Counted from the first letter of the whole stretch, positions 1 to 9,458 are shown. The stretch: 62,707 nt of DNA, filler included, from Pseudomonadota bacterium (GCA_043820105.1; 4 parts of 4 records of this genome joined end to end with filler, not necessarily neighbours in it); one strand, 5' to 3'. Numbers and translations: made by a program. Notes: generated from the sequence alone by a model not told the origin.

Positions 1-71
1 GTATACTGAATACCGAATACTAAATAGGCTAATAGCCCAATTATTAACAACTTTTTTCAAAGGAGAACACA

Positions 72-593
72 ATGAAAAAGAAAGGTTTTACACTGGTCGA
101 ACTAATGATCGTTGTTGCCATCATCGGCATTTTGGCAGCTATCGCGATCCCAAGCTTCATGGCTTACATCAAAAAGTCTAAAAAATCTGAAGTTGGAATG
201 CTTGTCAATGGCGTTTTTGCAGCTGAAGCTGATTACAACATTGACAATGCAAAATTCCATAAATTTACTGGAGCTAATGGAGCAGGAGCAGGAGCAACTC
301 CATGGAACACAGGTGCATTTAGTAAACTTACTGGCAATAAATCACCAGGCACTCAAAGTATCGTAGCTTCCAATGCTAACGCCAGAATAATTGGATTTAC
401 TCCAGATGGCGATTTATATGGCACAGTGGAAGTAGACTCTGCTAATCCGGTATTGGGATGCGCCATCCTTGTTTGGCAGGATCTGGATGATGATAATACG
501 ATAGGCAAATATCAACAAGCAGTAGCCAGAGATAACACTGGAACAGCTGATGCATACAAAGCTGGTAGCTTGATTACCATGATCGAAGATTAA
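72..593 (+). CDS. pilA: Type IVa major pilin (prepilin)
   Basis: [27 protein letters not shown] class III signal peptide with E5; SD AGGAG upstream. Confidence 0.93.
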   Translation: MKKKGFTLVELMIVVAIIGILAAIAIPSFMAYIKKSKKSEVGMLVNGVFAAEADYNIDNAKFHKFTGANGAGAGATPWNTGAFSKLTGNKSPGTQSIVASNANARIIGFTPDGDLYGTVEVDSANPVLGCAILVWQDLDDDNTIGKYQQAVARDNTGTADAYKAGSLITMIED

Positions 594-655
594 AAGACAA
601 TGTATTCCCCATAATTTTGTTACTTAATAATTCCGAGTGAGTAATAAAAAATCCC

Positions 656-799
656 TCAATAAATTAAATATTTCTTTCTTACCTTAATAAAACCATTTTT
701 TTCATCATCCCAGGCCTCTTCAATTTCTTTAAGATCACTACCCTTTTCAATCATGAATCGAAGCTTATCAGAACCCGCCAAAATATCAAATGGAAGCTT
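656..799 (-). pseudogene. 3' remnant of a DUF1343/NamZ-like (exo-beta-N-acetylmuramidase) gene
   Basis: Minus strand reads KLPFDILAGSDKLRFMIEKGSDLKEIEEAWDDEKNGFIKVRKKYLIY*, matching the typical DUF1343 C-terminus; no start; abuts a 41-bp repeat. Confidence 0.65.
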
Positions 800-805
800 T
801 TTGAA

Positions 806-846
806 AAATGTGGCGTCCAAGAACTAAGCAAAAATATGCCACCCAC
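806..846 (-). repeat. 41-bp dispersed REP-like repeat, copy A
   Basis: Reverse complement GTGGGTGGCATATTTTTGCTTAGTTCTTGGACGCCACATTT; near-identical to 27232-27272 and 27579-27619. Confidence 0.9.
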
Positions 847-888
847 ATTTTAATATAAAAAACATTATCTGCTTATTTTATTCAATCT

Positions 889-1185
889 TCATTTTTGCAA
901 AACAATATAATTTTCTAAAATAATATTCTGAAAAGATTCTGAAATACTGTGCCAGTCAATAACATCAACAATATAGGGTATATTTGATTCTGAAAAGACC
1001 TGTTTTATTTCATTTAACTTTGAAAAACTAATTTTATTCTTATCAATCAAAACTAGGTCAATATCAGAATTAGGCCTGGCTTTTTTATTAACTCTGGAAC
1101 CAAACATCCTTACCTCAATTCCCATTGCATGTTTTGATAATATTGCTTTAATTTCCTCAATGTATTCATTTTTCAAATCAATCAT
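889..1185 (-). CDS. Minimal nucleotidyltransferase (MNT) antitoxin
   Basis: FGSR...SDIDL motif, 98 aa, overlaps the HEPN gene. Confidence 0.9.
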   Translation of the reverse strand: MIDLKNEYIEEIKAILSKHAMGIEVRMFGSRVNKKARPNSDIDLVLIDKNKISFSKLNEIKQVFSESNIPYIVDVIDWHSISESFQNIILENYIVLQK

Positions 1186-1603
1186 TGTTGCTTGCCAACA
1201 TCTTTAATAATGTTTTTGCCTCTGGAAGAAATTTAATTGATTGTCTAAAGACATCCTCTGCTGTATCATTGTTATAAATATGTGAAGTTAGATTTCTAGC
1301 TTCAGCAAATTCAAACCATGGTAGAGCATCATTGATAAGGCCTGCTCTGTTTGCCATTCTAAACAATTCTTTTCTGGTTCTTGGAAGCTGGGATTCTTCT
1401 TTTGAATAGTTTTCCTTAAGCCATCTTTGAATAAACTTCCAGCACAATTCATATGTAAATTCAAAATTTTGAATAACTCCAGCTCGAATTGTTGTGATGA
1501 GATTTTCATCATTTGAATTTTTTATTGCATCTGATAAAGCCAAATTCATTGCTTTTTCAAATGATAAAATAGCTTTTTCCAGGTTTGATAAATCAAGTTT
1601 CAT
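1178..1603 (-). CDS. HEPN / nucleotidyltransferase substrate-binding protein (HI0074-like), putative RNase toxin
   Basis: IQNFEFTYELCWK and RNLTSHIY (Rx4H) motifs; paired with MNT. Confidence 0.9.
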   Translation of the reverse strand: MKLDLSNLEKAILSFEKAMNLALSDAIKNSNDENLITTIRAGVIQNFEFTYELCWKFIQRWLKENYSKEESQLPRTRKELFRMANRAGLINDALPWFEFAEARNLTSHIYNNDTAEDVFRQSIKFLPEAKTLLKMLASNND

Positions 1604-1752
1604 TGTGATTTTACCTTTTAAAAATAATAAAATATTATCACCCTAAAATAATCTAAAGATCAAGAAAAAGTATTCTGATTCTATAGTAGAACTATGACTT
1701 TAAAAAAGTTGATAAAGCGAGGTCAGGTTGAACTTGTTTCAGGATTCCCTTG

Positions 1753-1849
1753 GGCTAAAATTGTGAATTGAGAATTGATTGTTGTTTATTGAAAATTTCT
1801 GGATTCGATAGTAATTTAATAATCAATAATTAACAATCAATTTTCATTG
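1753..1849 (+). repeat. ~97-bp hairpin-forming pilin-leader repeat, copy 1
   Basis: Aligns without gaps to 3483-3579; internal inverted AATTGATTGTT/AACAATCAATT arms. Confidence 0.85.
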
Positions 1850-1869
1850 AAGGACAGACTCGGCACTTT

Positions 1870-1952
1870 GCTAATAGCCCAATTATTAACAACCTTTTTC
1901 AATGAAGAACAAAAGAAAGACATTACACTTGTCTAATCTCTGATAGTTTTTG
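1870..1952 (+). pseudogene. Decayed copy of pilA leader and first codons
   Basis: GCTAATAGCCCAATTATTAACAAC identical to 28-51, then degraded SD and AAAAGAAAGACATTACACTTGTCTAA resembling AAAAGAAAGGTTTTACACTGGTCGAA. Confidence 0.75.
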
Positions 1953-1973
1953 AAATAAAAAATTAAATATCTC

Positions 1974-2002
1974 TTGACAAACATACCCGTGTTTTATACA
2001 AT
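1974..2002 (+). promoter_or_regulatory. Sigma-70 promoter of the AAA+ ATPase gene
   Basis: TTGACA-N17-TACAAT. Confidence 0.7.
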
Positions 2003-2028
2003 ATACTAATAATATATGGGTATATAGC

Positions 2029-3399
2029 ATGATAAGATCCTTAGAAAGCAACCTTTTTGATTGGTTCAAAAAGGCAAAAAGAAAGCCAATGGTTATACGA
2101 GGCGCTCGTCAAGTTGGCAAATCTACACTTGTAAGAAATTTCGCTAAGTCACAAAATCTTGATCTTTTAGAAATCAATTTAGAAAGAAATATTGATTTAG
2201 ATTCAATGTTTGAAGGAAAAAAAACTGATCTAATCTTAAAAGAGCTAGAAGCAATATGCAAAAAAACAATTGGACCCAATAGCCTACTTTTTCTTGATGA
2301 AATCCAAGCAACTCCTTTTGCACTTCCATGCTTAAGATATTTTTATGAAGATTATCCCAACCTACCTATTATAACTGCAGGATCACTATTGGAATTTACA
2401 TTAGCAAACCATAATTATTCGATGCCAGTTGGAAGAATTGAATATTTACATTTAAATGTGATGAGCTTTAAAGAATTTCTCCAGGCCTTAGACGAAGACT
2501 ATCTTCTTTCTGTAATAGACAATTTCAGCTTCGATCAATCCGTACCAAGCAAGGCTCATAAACTGCTACTGAACAAGCAAAGAGAATATCTTTTTACAGG
2601 TGGAATGCCAGAGGCTGTACTTATTTATAAAGAAACAAAAAGTTTTGCAAAATGCAGGGAAGTCCATAGATCAATAATAGAAACCTATCAAGATGATTTT
2701 CCAAAATATTCTAAATATTCACAGGCTTCTTTAGTCCATAAAATATTCAATTCAATACCGCAGCTAATTGGAAAAAAAGTTAAGTATAGTCACATCACAA
2801 AAGATGAACCCTCTTATAAGTTAAAATTAATTATTGATTTATTTATAAAAGCAAGACTTTTACTACCTGCCTATCACAGTGATTGCTCGGGAATTCCATT
2901 GAAAACCCAAGCAAATGACAAAATTTATAAATTATATTTTTTAGATATTGGCTTATTGAATTATATGCTAGGATTAGACTGGAGAGCAATCTCCAATATT
3001 GATGAAAGAAAATTAGTGAATGAAGGAATGCTAGCAGAACAATTTATTGCGCAACACTTAGCGTATAATAAACTCGGTTTAGAACAACCAGAACTATATT
3101 ACTGGATAAGAGAGGGGAAATCTTTAAACGCAGAAGTTGATTTTGTTATCTCTTGCAATCAAAATACAATACCAATTGAAGTAAAAGCTGGAAAAAGTGG
3201 AACCTTAAAATCTTTGCAGCAATTTATTTTATCAAAAAAAGCAAGCAAGGCAATCCGCTTTGATCTTAATCCTCCAAGTTCTCAGGAGGTCTCACATCAA
3301 TTAAGACAAAAAGAAAAACTTGAAGCTGCAAAATTCAAACTTATTTCGCTTCCGTGTTATTTAATTGAAGAATTAGAAAAATGTAGCGTCCCATTATAA
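2029..3399 (+). CDS. AAA+ ATPase (AAA_14 / DUF4143 family) with C-terminal PD-(D/E)xK-like domain
   Basis: GARQVGKS Walker A, LFLDEIQ Walker B, GGMPE, EVDF...PIEVK. Confidence 0.9.
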   Translation: MIRSLESNLFDWFKKAKRKPMVIRGARQVGKSTLVRNFAKSQNLDLLEINLERNIDLDSMFEGKKTDLILKELEAICKKTIGPNSLLFLDEIQATPFALPCLRYFYEDYPNLPIITAGSLLEFTLANHNYSMPVGRIEYLHLNVMSFKEFLQALDEDYLLSVIDNFSFDQSVPSKAHKLLLNKQREYLFTGGMPEAVLIYKETKSFAKCREVHRSIIETYQDDFPKYSKYSQASLVHKIFNSIPQLIGKKVKYSHITKDEPSYKLKLIIDLFIKARLLLPAYHSDCSGIPLKTQANDKIYKLYFLDIGLLNYMLGLDWRAISNIDERKLVNEGMLAEQFIAQHLAYNKLGLEQPELYYWIREGKSLNAEVDFVISCNQNTIPIEVKAGKSGTLKSLQQFILSKKASKAIRFDLNPPSSQEVSHQLRQKEKLEAAKFKLISLPCYLIEELEKCSVPL

Positions 3400-3482
3400 G
3401 CCCAAAGTGCCAGGCGACATTCGGTGAGAGTCAAGGTACAGGCGCTTTTAAAGGGCACAAGAGCGCAAGGCAACAAGGAAAA

Positions 3483-3579
3483 GGCTAAAATCGAAAATTG
3501 AGAATTGATTGTTGGTTATTGATAATTTTGTAGTTCGATAGTAATTTATTAATCAACAATCAACAATTAATTTTCAATT
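3483..3579 (+). repeat. ~97-bp hairpin-forming pilin-leader repeat, copy 2
   Basis: Direct repeat of 1753-1849. Confidence 0.85.
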
Positions 3580-3705
3580 ATCGTATGGCAAGACCTAGAC
3601 AATGATGATACAATTGGAAAATATCGTCAACCTATTGCCAGAGATAAAACTGGAACATCTGATGCGTACAAAGATGGAGCAATGTTTACACTTTTAGAAG
3701 ATTAA
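3577..3705 (+). pseudogene. Start-less variant pilin C-terminal cassette
   Basis: IIVWQDLDNDDTIGKYRQPIARDKTGTSDAYKDGAMFTLLED* versus pil[43 protein letters not shown]; 93/126 nt identical by hand count (3580-3705 vs 468-593). Confidence 0.9.
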
Positions 3706-3773
3706 GATTTCGCTATCAATTTTCAATAGAGAAGAGACTCGGCATTTCCTTAAACCTAAATCCAATAAAAAAT

Positions 3774-5897
3774 TTACAACCCAAAATCAACTTCTGGCAA
3801 ATTGTCTCCCATTTCATTTTCATCATCACCCTTGTCATTGTCATCTTCCAATTCTAAACCAAGGGATCCAAGTTCATTTTGTCCCCAGCATTTAACCGAA
3901 TAATCGTTTAAAACAGCACAAGCAAAATGTGGTTCAGCCGATACCTCAAGTTCTAAAGCGGTTTTTCCTATACCCAAATCAATAGGCAAAAGATTATCTC
4001 CCATATCTTCAACTGAATCACCGATAAGATCCAGTATTGGTGTTCCATTGCTGTCAGCGGTTCCCAATACTCCTCCAACATTATATCCCCAGCATTTAAT
4101 TGTATCATCATTCAGGATTGCACAAATACCGCTTGCTCCAACAGACACCTTTTTTGCTGTTTTTCCAGTCCCTAATAAAACAGGTCTTAAATTGCTGCCC
4201 ATTTCCAAAGGTTCATCGCCAATACCCAGGGTCCAGTCTCCATAACCAAGTTGTCCATTGGAGTTATTTCCCCAGCATACTAAGCTGAAATCTTCTAAAA
4301 TGGCGCAGGAAACATCATTTGCTGTTGAAATATCTAATGCAACATAGCCATCCCCAAGATCCACATATGGCAAATTATCTCCCATTTCATTTTCATCATC
4401 ACCTCTTATTTCCAGGTTACCCAATCCAAGCACTCCAGTGTTATTTGCTCCCCAGCATTTAATTTTACCATTATCTAAAAGAGCACAGATGTTGCCGTTC
4501 CCGATTGATACTTTTGTGGCATATCTATCTGCGCCAAGATTTATCGGTAGAAGATTGTCCCCCATGTCACCTGTCATATTACCAACATTAGTTGTATTCC
4601 CTTGCCCAAGTTGCCCGTAATCATTTGCTCCCCAGCACTTCAGAGTATCTTCAATACCAGTATTTGAATTATAAAGTATTGCACAAGTATTTGAAGTTTG
4701 TCCTAAAAATACTTCTGTTACATAGTAACTTGCGCCAACATCAACTGCTTCCATTGTTGGATAATTTCCGTAAGTATGCTCTGTTCCCAGTGCGCCAACC
4801 TCCGAATATCCCGAGCAAATCAGCCTATGATCGTCGAGAATTATACATGAATGAACGCCTGCGGCGACGTCAATAATTCCCATTCCATCAAAGGCCGGCA
4901 AATCAGCCAAAACATATTCAAGGTTTTCTCCCATTTCTCCTTCATCATCACCTATATCTTCCCCTGTCAAATTTGGACTAAAAAGTTCCGCTTCTGAACT
5001 TTTTCCCCAGCATTTTGCTCTTCCATTTGAAAATAAAACACAACCATGATATCTCCCAACTGTTAATTTTGATATAATTATTTCATTTTCCTGTATGGGT
5101 TCTTCGTCCTCATCTTGATTTTCTTCTTGTTCTTCTTGTTCATTTTCTGCTTCTTCCTGACTTTCCTCTTCCTCTGCTTCCTCAGCTTCCTCTGAATTTT
5201 CAGAACCTGATAATATTACTGCATCAGGCAATTCTTCTTCTGAATTGGCCAAAAGTTGACCATTTAAAAGTTCAATATCTAATGATCCCAAGTCGACAGT
5301 TAGTGAGCTAGTCAAATCAAGGTCAGTGTCTGAGATATAAAAAATATCATTGGAATTACTTGCAACAGGAATTCCCAGAGCGATTGAGTAACTTTGAGTA
5401 GAACTATTTTTGGCAGTTGAAGCTTCCCCAGAAACGCTGAGTAAAAGTAAAAATATTTTAAAATCTGTATTATAATTTGCTATCAGTTCAAACGAACCAT
5501 CTTCATCAATTAGCGAAATATCAGAGAGTGAATCATCATACCAGATTGAAGCAAAAACTGCTATCTGGCTTTCATTTTCATCAATAAATTTTTGTGCTTT
5601 AAGAAATGTATCTGATTTGCTTATTGGAGAAGCAATATCTGATCTCGTAATAATTTCATCAGCAATAATATCCCGCGCGTCATTTCTGCTTATTATTTCA
5701 TCGGTGGATAAATTTAAATTTTCTAAATTATCATATATTTGCTGTAGGTCAATTTTGCCAGTTACTGTAGATGTTGAAATTTCATCTCCTGTGTTTCCAT
5801 TTTCCTTATTAATATCTCCTTGATTTTGCCTGCTGCATGAAAGGACAAACAAGATAAGCACTAGATATTTAAAAGATCTTTTAAACACTTGGGCCAT
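3774..5897 (-). CDS. RCC1/BLIP-II repeat lipoprotein
   Basis: Lipobox VLSC; repeated C-A-I-L...KCWG-N-GQLG and EMGDNL motifs; acidic linker. Confidence 0.88.
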   Translation of the reverse strand: MAQVFKRSFKYLVLILFVLSCSRQNQGDINKENGNTGDEISTSTVTGKIDLQQIYDNLENLNLSTDEIISRNDARDIIADEIITRSDIASPISKSDTFLKAQKFIDENESQIAVFASIWYDDSLSDISLIDEDGSFELIANYNTDFKIFLLLLSVSGEASTAKNSSTQSYSIALGIPVASNSNDIFYISDTDLDLTSSLTVDLGSLDIELLNGQLLANSEEELPDAVILSGSENSEEAEEAEEEESQEEAENEQEEQEENQDEDEEPIQENEIIISKLTVGRYHGCVLFSNGRAKCWGKSSEAELFSPNLTGEDIGDDEGEMGENLEYVLADLPAFDGMGIIDVAAGVHSCIILDDHRLICSGYSEVGALGTEHTYGNYPTMEAVDVGASYYVTEVFLGQTSNTCAILYNSNTGIEDTLKCWGANDYGQLGQGNTTNVGNMTGDMGDNLLPINLGADRYATKVSIGNGNICALLDNGKIKCWGANNTGVLGLGNLEIRGDDENEMGDNLPYVDLGDGYVALDISTANDVSCAILEDFSLVCWGNNSNGQLGYGDWTLGIGDEPLEMGSNLRPVLLGTGKTAKKVSVGASGICAILNDDTIKCWGYNVGGVLGTADSNGTPILDLIGDSVEDMGDNLLPIDLGIGKTALELEVSAEPHFACAVLNDYSVKCWGQNELGSLGLELEDDNDKGDDENEMGDNLPEVDFGL

Positions 5898-6091
5898 AAT
5901 TGCACATTCCCCCTCAATATCAAAGCGTTAATAAACTGATAATTAATAATAGAATAACATATTAGACAAATTAAAGCAATCAGGGGAAAAACACAAAAAG
6001 AGTCCCTGGCAGCCTTTAAAAAATTAAAATGGCAAAATTATCCCATACACACCCTCGTCGAAAACATGCGAAAACAAAAGACATGAGCCGA

Positions 6092-6194
6092 GTGACAATT
6101 TTCGTCACCTTGCCGCAGCGCATTTCCCCTATAATAACAAGCCCTTGACAATAGGGTGACAATTTTTGTCACGTCGGGTGACAATTTTTGTCAC
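6092..6194. promoter_or_regulatory. Three palindromic enhancer-like sites GTGACAATTTT(C/T)GTCAC, probable PilR-type activator sites
   Basis: Copies at 6092-6108, 6156-6172, 6178-6194; the last two are 22 bp apart; upstream of a sigma-54 promoter. Confidence 0.75.
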
Positions 6195-6265
6195 TTTTTG
6201 ACTTTTGCTGATTTTTTGCCTTTTGGGATTTCAATGAAATCGAGGACTTAGGAAATTGCTGGTTT

Positions 6266-6281
6266 TGGCATGGAAATTGCT
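6266..6281 (+). promoter_or_regulatory. Sigma-54 promoter for a pilin-type leader
   Basis: TGGCAT-GGAAA-TTGCT (GG-N10-GC); IHF-like AATCGAGGACTTA at 6238-6250. Confidence 0.8.
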
Positions 6282-6403
6282 TAGTAAAAGAGAACAAGAG
6301 CGCAGGGGAACAAGAGAACAAGGCGAGTTCAGGATCTCTTGGGCTGAAATTGGTATTCAGTATTCGGTATTTAGTATTCAGTTTCTTTTCCATACTGAAT
6401 ACT

Positions 6404-6426
6404 GTATACTGAATACCGAATACTAA
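6404..6426 (+). repeat. 23-bp exact match to window positions 1-23 (right arm of a heptamer hairpin in the pilin leader)
   Basis: GTATACTGAATACCGAATACTAA at both 1-23 and 6404-6426. Confidence 0.95.
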
Positions 6427-6526
6427 NNNNNNNNNNNNNNNNNNNNNNNNNNNNNNNNNNNNNNNNNNNNTTAATTAATTAANNNNNNNNNNNNNNNNNN
6501 NNNNNNNNNNNNNNNNNNNNNNNNNN
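6427..6526. other. Artificial contig linker
   Basis: N44-TTAATTAATTAA-N44. Confidence 0.99.
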
Positions 6527-7135
6527 TTTAAGCTTAATGGTAAAATTTATGAAGCACCGCTTATTGCAGGATCAGGTTCTGTAATAGATTTTTATGAGCA
6601 GATGGCTCTAGCTTTAAATGTTGATCATGTAAGCAGACGAAGACCAACTTTGTTAAAGGCTATCAGATCAACTATCGAAGATTTAATTTTGTCACAAAAA
6701 CAGAGAATAATTATAGTTATAGATGAAGCCAATCTATTGAAACCAGAAATCCTATTTGAACTACATACTCTCTTTCAGTATCAACTGGATTCCCAAATCC
6801 ATATATCGATGCTACTTGCTGGACAAGCAAGTCTTTTGGATCATCTCATGCTAAGGTCATGTGCTCCGATTGCTTCACGGGTGATAGCTAAAACCCACTT
6901 GTCTCCAATCAACAAAGAGCAGATGGAACAATATTTAAAACATCATTTGCAGGTAGCAGGCTGTTCATCAATGCTGTTTGCTAAAGATGCAATTACTGCA
7001 ATTTTTCAAGGATCAGGAGGACTATTAAGAAAAGCCGGATCACTAGCAAGAGGTGGATTAATCACTGCTGCAGCTGATAAACAAAATGAAGTTACGCCTG
7101 AGCATGTTCGAATAGCTGCTTCAGAATTAATGTGA
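6527..7135 (+). pseudogene. ExeA-like AAA transposition ATPase, 5'-truncated, no Walker A
   Basis: IVIDEAN Walker B, LLAGQ, GSGGLLR; frame is open to the contig start. Confidence 0.8.
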
Positions 7136-7228
7136 ATAATAATATTCGGTGAAACAGAAACAAGCTCTGCAGAGGTGCAACTTGTTGAGGGATAGCCGAT
7201 GAGGTGGCAATGTTATTCGTCATAATAA

Positions 7229-7264
7229 AAAGGGAGAGGTGCATAAAGCCTCTCCCTTTGTTTT
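7229..7264. terminator. Intrinsic terminator-like hairpin inside the IS end
   Basis: AAAGGGAGAGG...CCTCTCCCTTT followed by GTTTT. Confidence 0.7.
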
Positions 7265-7777
7265 AAATTAAAAATATCGCTTCCTCCAATGTCTTAAAAA
7301 ACCTTTACTACTGTCCACTTCCCTTATCGTTTAGTTTAAGTTGTAAATAATTTTATTGGTTCAATAAAATGTAAGATCTATTGTTCAGAATAATGTGTAA
7401 GGGGACAAAATATAAAAAAAGATATTATCTTGATAGCGTTATGGAGCTGGAACAGATAAGGTAAATTCAATTTTTCCAAATTTATGAATATTAAATTGAG
7501 TGAGAACAAAACGTGGTAGTGCCACCATAATTTCAATATACCCTTGACTATTTTTGCATTTTTTATATTATTTAACTTCAAAAATGCCAAATTTCTGAGG
7601 AGGGGAATTCGTGATAATAAGCTATTATTGCCATTTTTTTCAAAATTTCAAATCTTATTTTTTCTATATATATTTTCCTTTAATATTATAACTTAAGATA
7701 TTTGTTTCGGGCACGAGTTCGAGCATTATAGGTGTTACGTTCGGGGGAACGTTGTTTAATAATATTTAGGAGGGGAA

Positions 7778-8554
7778 ATGTTTAATTATAAGTTTATATT
7801 TTGTCTTATCGCAGGTCTTATTTTATTTTCAAGTTCATTAATTTTTGCACAGGGAAAAATTGGAGCAAGGGTTAAATATGTGCATGATGGGGATACCATA
7901 GGAGTGGTCTTAGATGATGAAGCTTCTTCTGATTTTGGATCAAGTAAATATCGAAAAATACGCTTCTTAGGAATTGATACACCAGAAACAAATTTCAGTG
8001 CAAATGGAAACAATTATGAGCCTCAAGAATATGGAATAGAAGCAACTGATTCGCTTAAGGCTTTGCTTCCTTTTAAAGCACATGTTACGCTTGAGCTATC
8101 TGGAAAGACTTTAGATGATTCTCAAGATAAATATGGAAGGATTCTTGCTTTTGTTATTCTAGATGATAAAGATCATCTTGAAACCTTAGGTTTTGATGAA
8201 CCTGTAAATACAAATTTATTTCTTGTATCATATGGACTTGCTGCTCCGTTTATGATTTATCCTGGTTTTCTGTATATTGAAGAATTTTATCAGGCATGTG
8301 AATATGCAATAAATAATGAGCTAAATATGTGGAATCCTGAAGCTCCAATTGAATGGCTTCCATTTGAATATCGTGCTATTAAAAGAGGGGGTAAAAAGAA
8401 CTGGCATTATTATGTTGGTGATATTAGGGACTTTAAGGCATACTCGCCTGAAGCTTATTGGGACTATGTTAGAGAAAATATTTCTCCAAAATATAGAGTA
8501 TATTTCTTTAATAGCAATGATGTTGAAGAATCAGATTTCGAAATAGCTTTCTAA
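7778..8554 (+). CDS. Secreted thermonuclease (SNase family)
   Basis: Signal peptide; DGDT, IRFLGIDTPE, DKYGRILA motifs. Confidence 0.92.
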   Translation: MFNYKFIFCLIAGLILFSSSLIFAQGKIGARVKYVHDGDTIGVVLDDEASSDFGSSKYRKIRFLGIDTPETNFSANGNNYEPQEYGIEATDSLKALLPFKAHVTLELSGKTLDDSQDKYGRILAFVILDDKDHLETLGFDEPVNTNLFLVSYGLAAPFMIYPGFLYIEEFYQACEYAINNELNMWNPEAPIEWLPFEYRAIKRGGKKNWHYYVGDIRDFKAYSPEAYWDYVRENISPKYRVYFFNSNDVEESDFEIAF

Positions 8555-8647
8555 GATCATACCTTTATTTTTCTTAATTTGACTTTAATTTCCATAGTAA
8601 ATAATATTAACAAAAAATTATTAATCTATAATTCAATAGAGGTTAAC

Positions 8648-9418
8648 ATGAGAATATTTGTTTGCATAAAACAAGTTCCAGATACAGAGGCCAAAATACT
8701 TCCAAAAGATGGCAATCAAATAGATGAAAATGGAATAAAGTGGGTATTAAATCCTTATGATGAATATGCTGCTGAAGAAGCTTTAAAATTAAAAGACAAA
8801 ATTAGTGGCTCTGAAGTTATTGTTATTTCAGTTGGCAAAGCAAAATCCCAAGAAGCAATAAGGCAAGTTTTAGCAATGGGCGCTGAAAGAGCAGTTCATG
8901 TTGAAACTGATAAGAGTCTGGATCATCAAACAATAGCTAAAGCTTTGTCACAAGTTGTTAGAGCTGAGGCTGAACCAGCAGTTATATTTATGGGGAAGCA
9001 AGCAGTTGACGATGATGCCTATCTTACTCATATTTTTCTAGCTAATGAACTTAACTATCCTGTTTCAACAAATGTAACAGAATTTTCATATGCAGATGGA
9101 AAAGTAAATGTTAAGCGTGAGATTGGTGGTGGAAATTTAGAGTCAATTGAAATGGCGACTCCTTGTATTGTTGCTGCATCAAAGGGATTGAACAACCCAA
9201 GATATCCTACCTTGCCTAATATCATGAAAGCAAAGAAAAAAGAGATAAAGAAATTAAGTCTAGCAGACCTTTCAATAAATGATGTGCAAGCTAGTTTTAT
9301 TATTGAATCACTGGTTATACCGCCTGAAAAACAGGAAGGAAAAATTATTCCAGGTGAACCAGCTGAAGCAGGAAAAGAACTTGTTAAGTTGCTTAGAGAA
9401 GAGGCAAAAGTAATATAG
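8648..9418 (+). CDS. etfB: Electron transfer flavoprotein beta subunit
   Basis: MRIFVCIKQVPD, NPYDEYAAEEA, GKQAVD, PRYP; start moved to ATG 8648 after SD GAGG. Confidence 0.96.
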   Translation: MRIFVCIKQVPDTEAKILPKDGNQIDENGIKWVLNPYDEYAAEEALKLKDKISGSEVIVISVGKAKSQEAIRQVLAMGAERAVHVETDKSLDHQTIAKALSQVVRAEAEPAVIFMGKQAVDDDAYLTHIFLANELNYPVSTNVTEFSYADGKVNVKREIGGGNLESIEMATPCIVAASKGLNNPRYPTLPNIMKAKKKEIKKLSLADLSINDVQASFIIESLVIPPEKQEGKIIPGEPAEAGKELVKLLREEAKVI

Positions 9419-9458
9419 CGTATAGCGTACGGCGTACAGTGTACGCCGTACGGAGTAA
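9413..9458. repeat. Degenerate heptamer array (GTACAGC-like)
   Basis: ATAGCGT ATAGCGT ACGGCGT ACAGTGT ACGCCGT ACGGAGT. Confidence 0.8.

Larger units (their letters stand above)
6527..7407 (+). mobile_element. Right part of an IS element (DDE integrase + ExeA-like ATPase type), truncated by contig end
   Basis: ATPase helper gene, then 174 bp also present at 44725-44898; similarity stops at ...GTGTAAGGGGACA (TGT terminus). Confidence 0.8.

Noticed and set aside
3577-3705. Diversity-generating retroelement template for pilA
   Set aside because: Differences are largely synonymous and not adenine-specific; no reverse transcriptase in the window.
6169-6393. 74-aa minus-strand ORF
   Set aside because: Runs antisense across enhancer, promoter and heptamer repeats; translation is repeat-derived.
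1-6426. Circular 6.4-kb plasmid implied by the 23-bp terminal match
   Set aside because: No rep, integrase or relaxase gene; position 1 may be only the window edge, and a repeated pilin leader explains the match. Not fully excluded.
6427-6526. TTAATTAATTAA motif within N runs (three times)
   Set aside because: Stop-codon linker added during contig concatenation; adjacency across linkers is not biological.
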